Notes: generated from the letters alone by a model not told the origin. DNA of 63,939 nucleotides, filler included, from Octopus bimaculoides (GCF_001194135.2; 5 parts of 5 records of this genome joined end to end with filler, not necessarily neighbours in it); one strand, 5' to 3'. Shown: positions 35,782 through 49,097, numbered from the whole stretch's first letter. Translations and numbers: made by a program.

Positions 35782-36240
35782 TGTGTGGTAAGAAGCTTGC
35801 TTCCCAACCGCATGGTTCCGGGTTCGGTCCCACTGAGTGATACCTTGGGCAAGTGTCTTCTACTAAAGCCGCGAACCGATCAAATCCTTGTGAGTGGATT
35901 TGGTAGACGGAAACTGAAAGAAACCTACCGTGTTTGTGTGTGCGTGCATGCGTGCATGTGTGCATGCGTGCATGTGTGCATGAGTGTGTGTGTCTTTCTG
36001 TATGTTTGTCCCCAACCGCCGCTTGACAACCGGTGTTGATGTGTTTGCATCCCCATAACTTAGCGGTTCGGCAAATTTGGTCTGATTGAATCAGTACCAG
36101 GCTTAAAAACAAATAAATACAGGAATCGATCCATTCGATTCCAGTACTAAAAACAACAAAAACAAAAAAATCTTAAAGGCAGTCCCCCTGCATGGCCGCA
36201 GTCCAATGACTGAAACAAGTAAAAGGTAGAAGATAAAAGA
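35782..36240 (+). mobile_element. SINE family E
   Basis: TGTGTGGTAAGAAGCTTGCTTCCCAACC head to TGACTGAAACAAGTAAAAG tail. Confidence 0.9.
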
Positions 36241-36663
36241 TACAAACTCAACTCCGAGTTACACAACCACAACAACAACATCACCTCTGTACTATGACCA
36301 CCACTTCATTTAACATCCAACAGGTTGGGACTGTCTTGGTGGTGGTATCGGTGGTGGAATTACGATCAGCAGCGTTCCAGTCATGACCATCCTGTGTTAT
36401 TATTCTGTTATCGTGTATCTAATCGTGTTATCGTAACAGGGTCTGAGGTATCATCCGCTTGTTTAACGTAGAAGGATGAAGTTAAGAGAAATTTGGTTGT
36501 TATTTCTAGCATGTCTGGCGACCACGTTGGTGATCCCCTCTTCGATCGTCTATGCACAGCAACTTGCTTAGGGGTGGTCCATTGAATTATGTTATTTTTT
36601 TCTTCGTTTCTCTCTCCCTCTTTCTCTCATTGTCTCTCCTCTCACCCCTTCTCATCTCTCTCC

Positions 36664-36723
<60 letters not shown>

Positions 36724-36833
36724 NNNNNNNNNNNNNNNNNNNNNNNNNNNNNNNNNNNNNNNNNNNNTTAATTAATTAANNNNNNNNNNNNNNNNNNNNN
36801 NNNNNNNNNNNNNNNNNNNNNNNATATATATAC

Positions 36834-37720
36834 ATAACTTAGATTGGTTTTGGCCTTTATCAGCCCAGGCCATGATTTACTCAATAGCACCACCCGGAAA
36901 AGTCTTTTAGTTAATTATTTCAGGACACCATGGACCACTTAAGCAGAGAGTTGTTGTTGTTGGTAGACACGTATCCAGGTGTAGGTGGTTTAATCTGTTT
37001 TTCCTGGAGGAATTTGTCCAAGTACCATTTGAAAGTTGTGGGGTCTTTTTCTACTTTAATATCTTTTGGGATAACATTGAAAAGTGCAGGACCATTTGCA
37101 GTGAAGAAATTGTGTCGCAATGTTCTTATGTGATGTGATCTCGACCTTTGTAGGGGATGCATTGCTTGGGGGCCTAGTCTTGGGTGAATTGTAAACATGA
37201 TACTGATATTATTTGGATAATATTGGTGGAATATTTTCCACATGGTGCAAATAATGTATCACTCACAGTGGCATTGCAGAGAATAGAGCTTCAGCTGTTT
37301 AAGTTGAGCCCAATAATCAGGTCCCATCATGTCATTTATTTTTTTTTTATAATTGATCTTTGTGGTGCTTCGATCCTCATTATGTCTTGTTTTTTGTAGG
37401 GGGTCCACAGTATTCGAGGTGGGGCCTAGCAAATGTGGAGAAGAGAAGGATGGTTTCATGATCCCTAAATTGGAAAGTTCTGAGGATCCACGAGCACATT
37501 CTGCAGGCAACATCGACTTTTTTGTTGATGTGCACAATCCAGCTAAGGTTGCTGTCAACAGTTACACCGAAGTCTCTGATATTATCCGAGGGTTCAAGTA
37601 GGTCTCCCGACAGTAGTGTATATGGTTGTTTGAGTGTGCCCTCCCTTCCAAAGTTTATGAATTTGTGATGTAAGTTTCATGATGTGAAACTGTGTGTTGA
37701 AACAGATATTGTTATATTTC
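36834..37720 (-). mobile_element. CR1-group LINE 3' end
   Basis: RDFGVTVDSNLSW..HIN, FARPHLEYC, YWAQLKQLKLYSLQ, FFTANGPALFNVIP, FKWYLDKFL, PGY..NNSLL motifs; frameshifted. Confidence 0.85.
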
Positions 37721-38087
37721 AGGATGGTCATTTCATTTTCTTTTTTTGTCCAGAAATCTTTCATTACAGATGTGTGACGAAAGATTTCTAGACAATGGAC
37801 ATCAAATAAAATAACAATGGTAAATGAGGGAAAAACAAATATATAGTGTGTGTGTTTATTTGGCAAAAAAGAAAAATGACCATCATGAAATATAATGATA
37901 TACCCATACCTGCACGGAAAACAATGATGATGATGATGACATTGCAGTCCAACAATGGTTTAAATGGCTTTGAAGTCACTGTGAACAGCATTCTTGGTAT
38001 AAGAATAATAAATTTGTACTTGACAAAAGTATAGAGTAACTCATCAGATTGACGTAAAATTGTTATAACTGAACATAAAAGCAAACA

Positions 38088-38133
<46 letters not shown>

Positions 38134-39953
38134 NNNNNNNNNNNNNNNNNNNNNNNNNNNNNNNNNNNNNNNNNNNNNNNNNNNNNNNNNNNNNNNNNNN
38201 NNNNNNNNNNNNNNNNNNNNNNNNNNNNNNNNNNNNNNNNNNNNNNNNNNNNNNNNNNNNNNNNNNNNNNNNNNNNNNNNNNNNNNNNNNNNNNNNNNNN
38301 NNNNNNNNNNNNNNNNNNNNNNNNNNNNNNNNNNNNNNNNNNNNNNNNNNNNNNNNNNNNNNNNNNNNNNNNNNNNNNNNNNNNNNNNNNNNNNNNNNNN
38401 NNNNNNNNNNNNNNNNNNNNNNNNNNNNNNNNNNNNNNNNNNNNNNNNNNNNNNNNNNNNNNNNNNNNNNNNNNNNNNNNNNNNNNNNNNNNNNNNNNNN
38501 NNNNNNNNNNNNNNNNNNNNNNNNNNNNNNNNNNNNNNNNNNNNNNNNNNNNNNNNNNNNNNNNNNNNNNNNNNNNNNNNNNNNNNNNNNNNNNNNNNNN
38601 NNNNNNNNNNNNNNNNNNNNNNNNNNNNNNNNNNNNNNNNNNNNNNNNNNNNNNNNNNNNNNNNNNNNNNNNNNNNNNNNNNNNNNNNNNNNNNNNNNNN
38701 NNNNNNNNNNNNNNNNNNNNNNNNNNNNNNNNNNNNNNNNNNNNNNNNNNNNNNNNNNNNNNNNNNNNNNNNNNNNNNNNNNNNNNNNNNNNNNNNNNNN
38801 NNNNNNNNNNNNNNNNNNNNNNNNNNNNNNNNNNNNNNNNNNNNNNNNNNNNNNNNNNNNNNNNNNNNNNNNNNNNNNNNNNNNNNNNNNNNNNNNNNNN
38901 NNNNNNNNNNNNNNNNNNNNNNNNNNNNNNNNNNNNNNNNNNNNNNNNNNNNNNNNNNNNNNNNNNNNNNNNNNNNNNNNNNNNNNNNNNNNNNNNNNNN
39001 NNNNNNNNNAAAATGTGTGGTTTAAGGGAGATCTGGCTGTTGTTTCTAGCACTTCCCAAAACTGCCCTCCTCGTTCCTTTCTCACTCATACATCCATTGA
39101 TATTTTGCACTATTTTTCTCCTCAAAGACAAATTTTATGGAATTATGATGTCAGAGTAACACACATGTAGTTCCAACTGAGCGAGGCCGTGTTATAAGTA
39201 TGCGTATTATCACATTATTTTGTATTATTCAGGTTCAAGAGGGTATTCACAATATTTGCTTGTAACTTTTTGAAATTTTGTCAGTGGGTGTTTCATATAC
39301 CACTATTTATAGTTATGTAATTTTAGCTGATCTTGCTGAGTAAATTTGACTTTTATGGGCAGGTAAATTTAATTAACAGGTATAAAAGCAATAACATCAT
39401 GGATAAACATTAAAATTGAAATTCTTAACACATCTTACCTGTTTGATTTGTTATTAAAAGTATTCCAGATGGCAACCAACAAAAATTTTGCCACTCTTCA
39501 AGATGAGGTACATTAATTTAAATGAATTAAAATACAGGTATAATCGGTACAAGATTTTATTCTTTTGGTAAATATTTCATACCTCGGTATGGAATAATTT
39601 TTTTCCACAGTTTTTTACAGATGCATTTAAATCTAGGCAGGGCCAAATGAGGTCCTACAAGTTATTTATAATAATGAGTGGCATTATATTGAGGTTGAAA
39701 GAATTGTGTGTACAATATTAAATATGCTAAGACAATCTGAAAACAATAGAAACTTTTAAATGTTTACCAGTTTTTATGAAATTTTTGGGTTACTGGACTT
39801 GAGTTAGCGGAAGCTAAATGATATGGAAGTTAATTAATCCGATCATGATTTTCAAAGTTAGCTTAAAATTTAAATTGGTAACAAAAATGTTAACTTCATT
39901 AATTAACGATTAATGGATTAACAGACTTATGCCCAGCTCTGTACATACATATA

Positions 39954-41161
39954 TTGGGTCATCCCATAAATAATGCAGTTTTTTAAATTGCATGAACTAA
40001 AAGTCAGAGGGTGATAGGATAAACTACCTGCATCAACTTGCTATAAAAGCAGGTAGTAATTTCACCTTGTCCTTATTTTTAGTGCATCTTTTGAAGAGTG
40101 CAGTTCGATTTTAAGTTATTTTTTCAAATCTATAATGGAAGTGACAAAGGAGCATATTCAGCATATTTTTCCATAAAGGCAACAATGCAACAGAAAGTGC
40201 AATATATATTAATGTAGTATATGGGGATCGGACAATAAGCATATGCCAATGTCAGCAGTGGCTCTAGAAATTCCGAGTCAGAATCTACAGCCTAGAAGAT
40301 GAGCCACATCCTGGAAGATCTGTAAAGTTCGACGAGGATGTCCTGCAAACCCTGCTGGAACAAAATCCCATCATAACTGTTGAGGAACTAGCAGAGAATC
40401 TTGGATTTGGTCATTCAACCATTCATTGGCACCTGCATGTCATCGGAAAAGTCAGCAAATTGGGTCAATGGGTTTCTCAAACTTTCTGAGTCTAATCACA
40501 TGCAGAGAGTGAATATGTGCTCTTCTTTGCTTTCATGTCTCACGAATGAACCATTTTTTGGGACCGAATAGTAACTGGTGATGAGAAATGGGTTCTCTAT
40601 AAAAATGTCAAGCACCAAAGACAGTGGGTAGGGAAAGAAGAAACACTGACATCCCAGGCTAAAGAAGGTCTTCGCCCACATAAGGTGTTGTTATCTGTTT
40701 GGTGGGATATAAAAAGTTTAGTCCACTTTGAACTGTTAAACCCAAACCATACAATAACAAAGGATATCTACTGTGGGCAGCTTGAGCAGCTTAAGTCAGC
40801 ACTAGAAGGAAAAATGACCATCCTTGGTTTCAAGACAAAAAGTGTTCTTCCATCAGGATAATGCTTGGCCACGTGCAGGGGGGATGGCATTCCAAAGGCT
40901 GGAACAGTTTGAATGAGAAATGATGCCCCACTCACCATATTCGCTGGACATTGCCCCATCTAATTATAATTTATTCCGCAGTCTTCAAAATCATTTGGTT
41001 GGAAAATATGAACTCTGTAGATGAGGTCAGAACAGTACTGGAGGAGTATTTTTTGTCATGGATAAGTGAATTTTGGAAGAGGGGCCTTACAAGTCTACGA
41101 GAGCATTGTAGAAAAATAAAACAAGTATAAAAAGACCCACATCATTTATGGGATGACCCAA
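39954..41161 (+). mobile_element. Near full-length decayed mariner (1208 bp)
   Basis: TIRs TTGGGTCATCCCATAAATAATG / CATCATTTATGGGATGACCCAA with TA flanks; ATG at 40135; IVTGDEKW, HQDNA, HSPYSLDIAPSNY motifs; many stops. Confidence 0.93.
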
Positions 41162-41789
41162 TATATATATATATATATATATATATGGAAACATAGACAC
41201 ACACTCATTTGTGTGTGTGTGCATGTGAATGCATGCATATGTGCGTGCGTGTGTGTGTGTGTTTGGTTAACTATAGCTTACTTCCATAAAAAAAGAAACG
41301 GTATACATTCTATACTTGAAAAAGTATATTCTGACTTCTGTAGAAGTAATGATTGGTGATAATAAACTAATTAAAATTTTGAATTGAAAAAAAAACCTTC
41401 AACCAATGTTCATGCAACAGCCACAACTTATTTACAATAATTGCACCATGTTACTGACCTACTGACCATGATGTAAGTTATTAATGTTGTACTGAGACTG
41501 CAAAGTATAAATGAGTCACATGATTTATTGATATTCAGAAATTTTATGAACAACCTAAGATAACCAATAAATAACAAATTATACAGTAATATTTCAACAT
41601 GATTAGGCTGGCAGGCTGACAGAATCATTAGCAAGCCTGGCAAAATGCTCAGTGGCATTTTGTCTGTCTTTATGTTCTGAGGTCAAATTTCACCACAAGC
41701 AACTTCTTTACTTTTCATCCTTCTGGAGTTGATAAAATACCTCAAGAATTGTACACACTCTTGTTTCTGTAATTTATTAAAACAAAAAC

Positions 41790-43055
41790 AGGTGTTGTAC
41801 AATTACATCATTTTTCAATATAGTCACCTTGCTTTTTGAAGCACTTCTTCCAGTGGTCCACAAGCTTCCTTATGCCATTAGAGAAGAAGGTTTTCAGCTG
41901 GTTACACGGCCATTTATGTACTGATTCCTGCACTACTTTGTCTGCAGGAAATTGACAACCTTGTAAAGAATGTTTAGGTGGTCCAAAAAGATGATAGTCA
42001 GAAGGAGTGAGAATTGGACTGTATGAAGGGTGTTTCAGCAACTTGAAACCCAATTTTTTAGTGGTTTCAATGGTGTGAGTGGCAATATGTGGGTATGCAT
42101 TATTATGCAACAATAACACTTGCTTTAACAATTTGTTAAATCAAGTGTTATTGTCGCACAATAAATTGGCATTTGGTGCAAATTACTAGTTTCAATTTGT
42201 TGGGCAGCATTTCACTGTGGCCTACATTGGTGGCCCCTTTTCCAAGTAATTTTCCAGTATAGGCTCTTTTGCATCCCAAAAAACAATTAGCATCACTTTT
42301 TCTGTAGAAGGCTGAGTTTTGAATTCCTTTTTCACTGTTGATTCCAGGTGCTTCCATTCCATACTCTGATTTTTAGATCCTGGCTCAGATTAATGGACCC
42401 AGGTCTCATCTCCTGTGACTATTCTCTCTAAAAAATCTTCACTTTCATTGTTGTGATCAAGTAAGTGGACAGATCTCCACATAATTGTGCTTATGTGATT
42501 CTGTAATGTCTTTTAGCACCCACTTTGCACAGACTTTATGGAATCAAAGCTTGTCATGAACGATTTTATATGCTGAACCATGACTAATTTGCAGAGAACA
42601 TGCCACCTTATCAATGGTCACTTGTCAGTTCACCAGAACTATCTCTGAGCTTGTTGAATCTTCATGTCAGTGGCATAGGCTGGTGGGCATCCTGTTTCCT
42701 ATTTATGCTTCATGCTTGTCCAGCCCTTTTAAAATTTCCCAGTCCACCCATACACATTTCTACATGAGAGAACACTATCTTCGTATTGTTCTGAAAGCAT
42801 GCAGTGAATTTCAGCTCCTGACACACCTTCAGACCAAAGAAATCTGATCATTGATCTCTGTTTTTCCTTGGTGCACATTGCCAATAGAGTAGCTTTGTTT
42901 ACTTTGTAACACAAAAAAGAATTCTGGAGAGATCAAGGTCAAACATTGGTTATGTAACCACAATAGTACCACCTTTTAGCATGTGAGTGCTGTTGGCAGT
43001 GTGGCAAACAAAGGAAGTTTTGACAAAAGTACAGATAGCTTTCAACTTCCCCTTG
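41790..43055 (-). mobile_element. Decayed mariner
   Basis: EKQRSMIRFLWSEGVSGAEIH (42729-42914) and LHNNAYPH...HPSYSPILTPSDYHLFG...QGDYIEK (41808-42131). 5' TIR TA|CAAGGGGAAGTTGAAA at 43055; other TIR not seen. Confidence 0.88.
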
Positions 43056-43269
43056 TATCACATCACCACTACGTCCCTCGTTCTCTCTCACTCCTCATTT
43101 TCATTCTTATTCTTTCTTCCTTGTTTACTCTCTCTCTCTCTCACTTTGACTGGAGTAACTATGTATTTCTTCTACAACAAGACACCTGTTTCTGTCCCTC
43201 TGTCATACTCTAACCTCTCATTACCTAGCACAAAGCCACCCACTTCAATACCACCCACCTCTTAAAGGA

Positions 43270-43561
43270 TCTTTGATTTGTAAGTTACTTGGTGACTTAG
43301 CCAGTGCTGATGTCACATAAAAAGTACCCAATCCACTTTGTAAAGTGGTTGACATCATGCCAAAGCAGACCTCACGAGTGCTAGTTCCATGTAATAAGGA
43401 CTCAATCCACTCTGTAAAGTGGTTGGTGTTGGGATCCAGCCCCAAAAGCCATACCAAAACAGACAGTGGAGCTTGGTGCAATCCCCTAATTTGGCAGCTC
43501 CTGTAAAACCAACCAGCCCATGCCAGCATGTAAGATGGATGCTAAATGATGATGATGATAA

Positions 43562-43563
<2 letters not shown>
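43270..43563 (+). mobile_element. Retroposon family F 3' tail (another copy at 48790-49097)
   Basis: AGTGGTTGG.GTT.GGA...CCAGC...CCCATGC.AGCATG...GGA.G.TAAA followed by (GAT)n in both copies. Confidence 0.7.
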
Positions 43564-43600
<37 letters not shown>

Positions 43601-43964
43601 NNNNNNNNNNNNNNNNNNNNNNNNNNNNNNNNNNNNNNNNNNNNTTAATTAATTAANNNNNNNNNNNNNNNNNNNNNNNNNNNNNNNNNNNNNNNNNNNN
43701 CAAAAGAGCTTGCTGTTATTTCTGCATTCATATTTTTTTGTAACTTTCAAAAACAAGTAAAAGAGAGAACACTATAATTTCACATGAATTACTTTGTCAT
43801 ATTAATACGGCAAATTACTCTAAAAGAAATCTTTGCAAAAAAGTGAGTAGATTGATTACATATTTCTTTCATTATGTTATCGCAGTTTTGTGAGATTTAG
43901 CTGTTATTTCTAGCATGTGGATAACCTGCTTGAAGGCCACGGCTATTGAATTAAGAAAGTGTCT

Positions 43965-43995
<31 letters not shown>

Positions 43996-45007
43996 CCATT
44001 TTCCTGAAAGTTATGAGGGAAAAATCGGATCTTGTGATTTTTCTGAAAGTCCTCTGTCTACCCACCCACCCCAGGTTCGTTCCGAAGTTTAAAATAAAAC
44101 AGAAAATTGAGGATTAAACCTAATTAAACTAATGAACTGATATTAGGCTATTTGAAGTCATAAATATATTTTCAGGGCGTGAGGGTATACATAGCTGTGC
44201 AATAAAAAGCTTGCTTCGCTACTGTGGTTCCAGATTCAATGCGCGATAGGCTGACGTGTGGCATTTACGAGTGATGTCACGCAATGGGATCGAATCCGGG
44301 ACCGGGTGATTGCAAAGCAATCGTAACCATATGGTTATATATTGTCATGAAGTTATTGCTGTCTCGATAACGGTGTAAGGGAGATAACTCACAAGTAAAA
44401 CAATGGCTGACAACATTACCGAATATCAAAAATATTTGCGTCTGCTTTGATAATTGAAATTATCGTTCTAAACACATAAATGCTTCGATGGTGTCAAGGA
44501 CGACATTGTTATGGTTATATTAAGTAGGTTGAGCGATCGCATATTATTGTCTTATCTCAAATGGAACTATTTTAGGTCAGGTGAATCTGATCAGACCCAC
44601 GACATTATTCTGACTATTTCTGATGTCGAATATCCTGAGGGACGTTCGTTGGATTACGGCCGATATTCTCTCAAATCAAACTCTTTTACACTTTGTGACT
44701 GATGCGATTCCGAAATAATCCGTGGTAGTTAATCGATTGTAATTCTGTTTTATTTCAGCAAAACATTCCCCAATGTCATGTGTCCCTTGTAGCTCAAAAG
44801 AGTAGCATTCATTTGGGCGGAGTTTCGAATGAGGGCGACCACAGAAGTTGGATTTTGTCTGAGCATTTTTTTTTTTCACAACTACTTTCAAAATGATGGC
44901 CGGACATNNNNNNNNNNNNNNNNNNNNNNNNNNNNNNNNNNNNNNNNNNNNNNNNNNNNNNNNNNNNNNNNNNNNNNNNNNNNNNNNNNNNNNNNNNNNN
45001 NNNNNNN

Positions 45008-45277
45008 TCTTTTGCCGAACCGCTAAGTGACGGGGACATAAACATACCAGCATCGGTCATCAAGCAATGCTAGGGGTACAAACACAGACACACAAACACA
45101 TATGTATATATACATATATACGACGGGCTTCTTTCAGTTTCCGTCTACCAAATCCACTCACAAGGCTTTGGTCGGGCCGAGGCTATAGCAGAAGACACTT
45201 GCCCAAGGTGCCACACAGTGGGACTGAACCCGGAACTATGTGGTTGGTAGGCAAGCTACTTACCACACAGCCACTCC
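45008..45277 (-). mobile_element. SINE family E, 5' part
   Basis: Reverse of GGAGTGGCTGTGTGGTAAGTAGCTTGCC head; 3' end lost in a gap. Confidence 0.92.
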
Positions 45278-45304
45278 ATTATATTAATGTTATTCTATTA
45301 TTAA

Positions 45305-46273
45305 CTAGCCTAAGTACCCAATGTTGCTCAGAAGTTTAAAGAATGTTAAAGGAAATAATTATATTTTCATAAAAATTCTATCAGATGACATGAATATAAA
45401 CAAAGTTATTAAAACAAATCCTGAAATCAATCACAGTTTAATTTTGTAGAACTTCTAAATATGCAATGTTTTCAGTGTGTCCTTTAATTGGTGTACAAAG
45501 AAAAAGAGTTTTGAGACTTCCAACTCGTGAACATATGAGAGAAGCAAGGTGAAGTCCAACAATGTTGAGAGATTGTGCTTCAGATTTGTTTAAGGACATA
45601 GCAACACTTAGTTTCACTGGCAACTGGAGCCATTTAAATTCATAGGAGGGGTCAGATGATATTAAAGGGATCCATGAAATGATGACACTGTCACCCTTAT
45701 ATTTCCCAAGAGAAATGAATTTCGGTGGTAAGGACTAAACCTCGTTTCATTATAACAATTAAAAAGTGTCTGGGGAGAGTCAGAATAAAAGTGAAACTAT
45801 AGTCTTAAAAAGTGTTTATCTTCACTTTAAAAAAAAAAGAGGTGGGATTGTAGACATATGTTTCTTTTTCTTTAAACCTCTTGTTCCATTATCACAATTA
45901 AAAAGCGTTTCAGAATCGTTTGCCTTTAAAATGAAAAAAAAACAAAACCGACGTAATTTCCAGACAGCCAAATATGGTACAGACTGATCCAGTGGTTTGG
46001 TCGTGCATAGAGGAACACACACACACACACACACACAGTAACTATAGTCTTACCAAAAGTGAAAGAATAAAAGTGAGACTATCATACTGCTACAAAAAAA
46101 AAAAAATCTGAATGGTTATATAGGGGGGAGCTACAACCCCCTATATGGGCAAGGGCCAAAATTTAACCTCCCCTAGTAATGAAAAACTTTCATGCCAAAT
46201 TTGGTACAGATTGATCCAGTGGTTTGCCCGTGCATAGAGGAAACACACACACAATGAATTTTATATAGAGAGA
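45305..46273 (-). mobile_element. Non-autonomous Helitron with PIF1-helicase C-terminal remnant
   Basis: A|TCTCTCTATATAAAA 5' end at 46273; ...GCTAG|T 3' end at 45305; decayed hairpin CTGAGCAACATTGGG at 45317-45331. ORF 45438-45623 reads PVKLSVAMSLNKSEAQSLNIVGLHL..CSRVGS..TENIAYLEVL (helicase motifs V/VI). Confidence 0.85.
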
Positions 46274-46281
46274 TTTATTAC

Positions 46282-46885
46282 CTTTGCATACTCATTCATG
46301 AAGTCGACATCCTGGTTGTCAAAGTTGTTGACCTTCAACTGGGTCATGACTCTGTGGAGAACAGGCCTCTTAGTCTCTAGGATGGTATTGAGGTCCACCA
46401 CAGAGTCATAGGTGGAGTTCCACCTAGTCATGTTGGGGACAACCAGCATCCTCCCCACCTCAGCATAGATGCTGTCTGCTGCCATAATGCTGCTTTCTTG
46501 CTGGTTCCAGAGGGCACGTGCCTTGGCCATGGCAACCCTGTAGGGCCCCTTGAACTCTGCACTCTGCAGTGCAGCATCTGTATCCTTGCTGGCCACTAGG
46601 TTGAAGGTGTGGGCAGCACATTTCATGTGAACTGGCAGGTTGATGGGATTGCCAACAACAGTGTCAACATCGTCAGGCTCAGCCACAGGCATGACCACGA
46701 AGTCTTCTAGGGAGGTATACTCCAACTCATGCTCGTCCACGGATTCAGCCAACAGGGTAGCCTTAGCAGCATCATCAGGGCCGATGTCCACATCCTGAGC
46801 CACTGGTGGGCCTGGCAGTGTGTTAGCCTCTTCCCCAAACTGGACAAAGGCTTTCACAAAGTTGCAGCCATTGCCTATGGTAGTC
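46282..46885 (-). CDS. hAT transposase exon 3 (second catalytic D position, CxxH, TRWNS)
   Basis: Acceptor TTCCAG at 46886; TTIGNGCNFVKAF, HMKCAAHTFNL, PNMTRWNSTYD; donor GTAATA at 46281; no stops. Confidence 0.88.
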
Positions 46886-47052
46886 CTGGAATGAAAAGAC
46901 ATTTTAAGTTTGTTTTTTCATATTACAATAATGAAATATTACAATTGAATTAAATTTATAAATAAAAATAAAGTACAATTTATGTGAAAAATTTTTCTGA
47001 TACAAATTGTTAAAAGAACTAATAGACTAATAGTCTAATATTCGTTTCTACT

Positions 47053-47620
47053 CTAGGCACAAGGCCTGAAATTTTGGGGGAGGAAGGGGCAGACGATTAG
47101 ATCAACCCCAGTATGCAATTGGTACTTAATCTAGACCCTGAAAGGATGAAAGGCAAAGTCAACCTCGGCAGAATTTGAACTCAGAACATAAAGACTGACG
47201 AAATACCGCTAAGCATTTCGCCCGGCGTGCTAACGTTTCTTATTTCTTTACTGCCCACAAGGGGCTACACACAGAGGAGACAAACAAACGGATTAAGTCG
47301 ATTATATCGACCCCAGTGCGTAACTGGTACTTATTTAATCGACCCCGAAAGGATGAAAGACAAAGTCGACNNNNNNNNNNCATTTCGCCCGGCGTGCTAA
47401 CGTTTCTTATTTCTTTACTGCCCACAAGGGGCTACACACAGAGGAGACAAACAAACGGATTAAGTCGATTATATCGACCCCAGTGCGTAACTGGTACTTA
47501 TTTAATCGACCCCGAAAGGATGAAAGACAAAGTCGACCTCGGCGGAATTTGAACTCAGAACGTAGCGGCAGACGAAATACTGTTAAGCATTTCGCCTGGC
47601 GTGCTAACGTTTCTGCCAGC
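47053..47620 (-). mobile_element. SINE family C multimer inside transposase intron 2
   Basis: Head-to-tail units joined at 47240/47241 and 47407/47408; one 10-N gap may duplicate a unit. Confidence 0.9.
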
Positions 47621-47666
47621 TCACCACCTTACTAATAGCCTAATACTAATATATCAACTATCTAAC

Positions 47667-47891
47667 CTGGTGACTTTTTTCTCAATGTGGAATTCATAGT
47701 GGACCTTGACCATGGCCTGTGCAAGCACATCATAGGAATGATGGCCTGTCAGCCTGATGCACGCAAGCACCGCTTGCTGCCTCTGCCTGGTGATGGGGTC
47801 CAACCAGTGGACAGTCATGCCCAGATAGCCTTTCTTGTGAGCAAACCAGCAGTCAGCTGTGGTGGCCACCCACTGAACATCGCCAAGAACT
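47667..47891 (-). CDS. hAT transposase exon 2 (first catalytic D)
   Basis: Acceptor TTTCAG at 47892; VQWVATTADCW...YLGMTVHW...AVLACIRLTG.HSYDVLA; donor GTTAGA at 47666; phase-2 joins in frame on both sides. Confidence 0.88.
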
Positions 47892-48014
47892 CTGAAATTA
47901 AAAAAAAAATATAAGTTTTAAATTTTAATTTTTAAATTTAAAATTTAAATATTGGAAATTTAAATTAACTTAAGTATAAAAAAAATATAAAAATTATGTC
48001 AATTAGTCAATTAC

Positions 48015-48646
48015 CTGATCAAGTACTGCTTCAAATCAGTATGCAAATTAATGATTTGCCTGCCGAGTGTCCTCCTCGACATGGAGCTCTTGCTGGGGTT
48101 CAGTGTCTTGATTAGCCTCTTGAACGTGTCAGACTCTACAATGTGGAGTGGCAGCATGTTGGCTACAAATAGGTTTACAATCTTTTGATCCACAGCAGCT
48201 TGGGGTATGTCACTGCCAGTAGCAGTGATGTCAAAGGACTCAGCAATGATTTGCTGGCGTACTTTCTTGCCAGAGGGAGGTGAATACGGACTCGATAATT
48301 CTGAAGAGCATTTGCTGCTGTTGGAATCAGAAGAAAACCTCTTCTTGATTTTCCCACGAAATGAACCTATCTTGATCTTCATCTCAAACTGCATGAACTT
48401 GGTTGGATGAGTCCTCTTGATGTGTTGCTTGAGGTTGTTGAGGCTTGTTGTGTGTGCTTTGATAGGCACAGTTTTGGGCAGGCACATATTGCAGTTGAAA
48501 ATCAACTTGTCTCCTTCCCTTGACTTGATCAAGAAGTACTCGTCCAGGTGGGGCCAAGGGTTATGAGCCTGTTCCTGCTGAGGTTCAGTGGCACTGACAG
48601 TTTCAACCTTGATGGTGTCAACAGATTGAAGATTTTGAGATGCCAT
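48015..48646 (-). CDS. hAT transposase exon 1 with BED zinc finger
   Basis: ATG at 48646 just after an acceptor (TTTTAG at 48650); WPHLDEYF...CNMC...NLKQHIKRTH; LPLHIVESDTFKRLI; donor GTAATT at 48014. Confidence 0.88.
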
Positions 48647-49097
48647 CACCTAAAATCTTAAACAATATAAATATTTGAAACTATTATAAAACATGTGGCT
48701 AATTAACAAATCAAATCTTACAATATCAAAAATATAATAATGCAAATACTAGAATATCAAAGGAATATTTAATACATTATGTGAAATCGTGATGGCACCA
48801 GTGCCCAGCGTCGCCTTCCTGGCACGTGTAAAGACATTCGAGCGAGATCGTTGCCAGGGCCACCGGACTGGCTCCTGTGCAGGTGGCACGCAAAATACAC
48901 CATTTTGAGCATGGCCGTTGACAGTACCGCCTGACTGGCCTTCGTGCTGGTGGCACGTAAAAGCACCCACTACACTCTAGGAGTGGTTGGCGTTAGGAAG
49001 GGCATCCAGCTGTAGCCATCTGGTTCACCAGTCCTCAGTCAAATCGTCCAACCCATGCTAGCATGGAAAGCGGACGTTAAACAAACAATGATGATGA

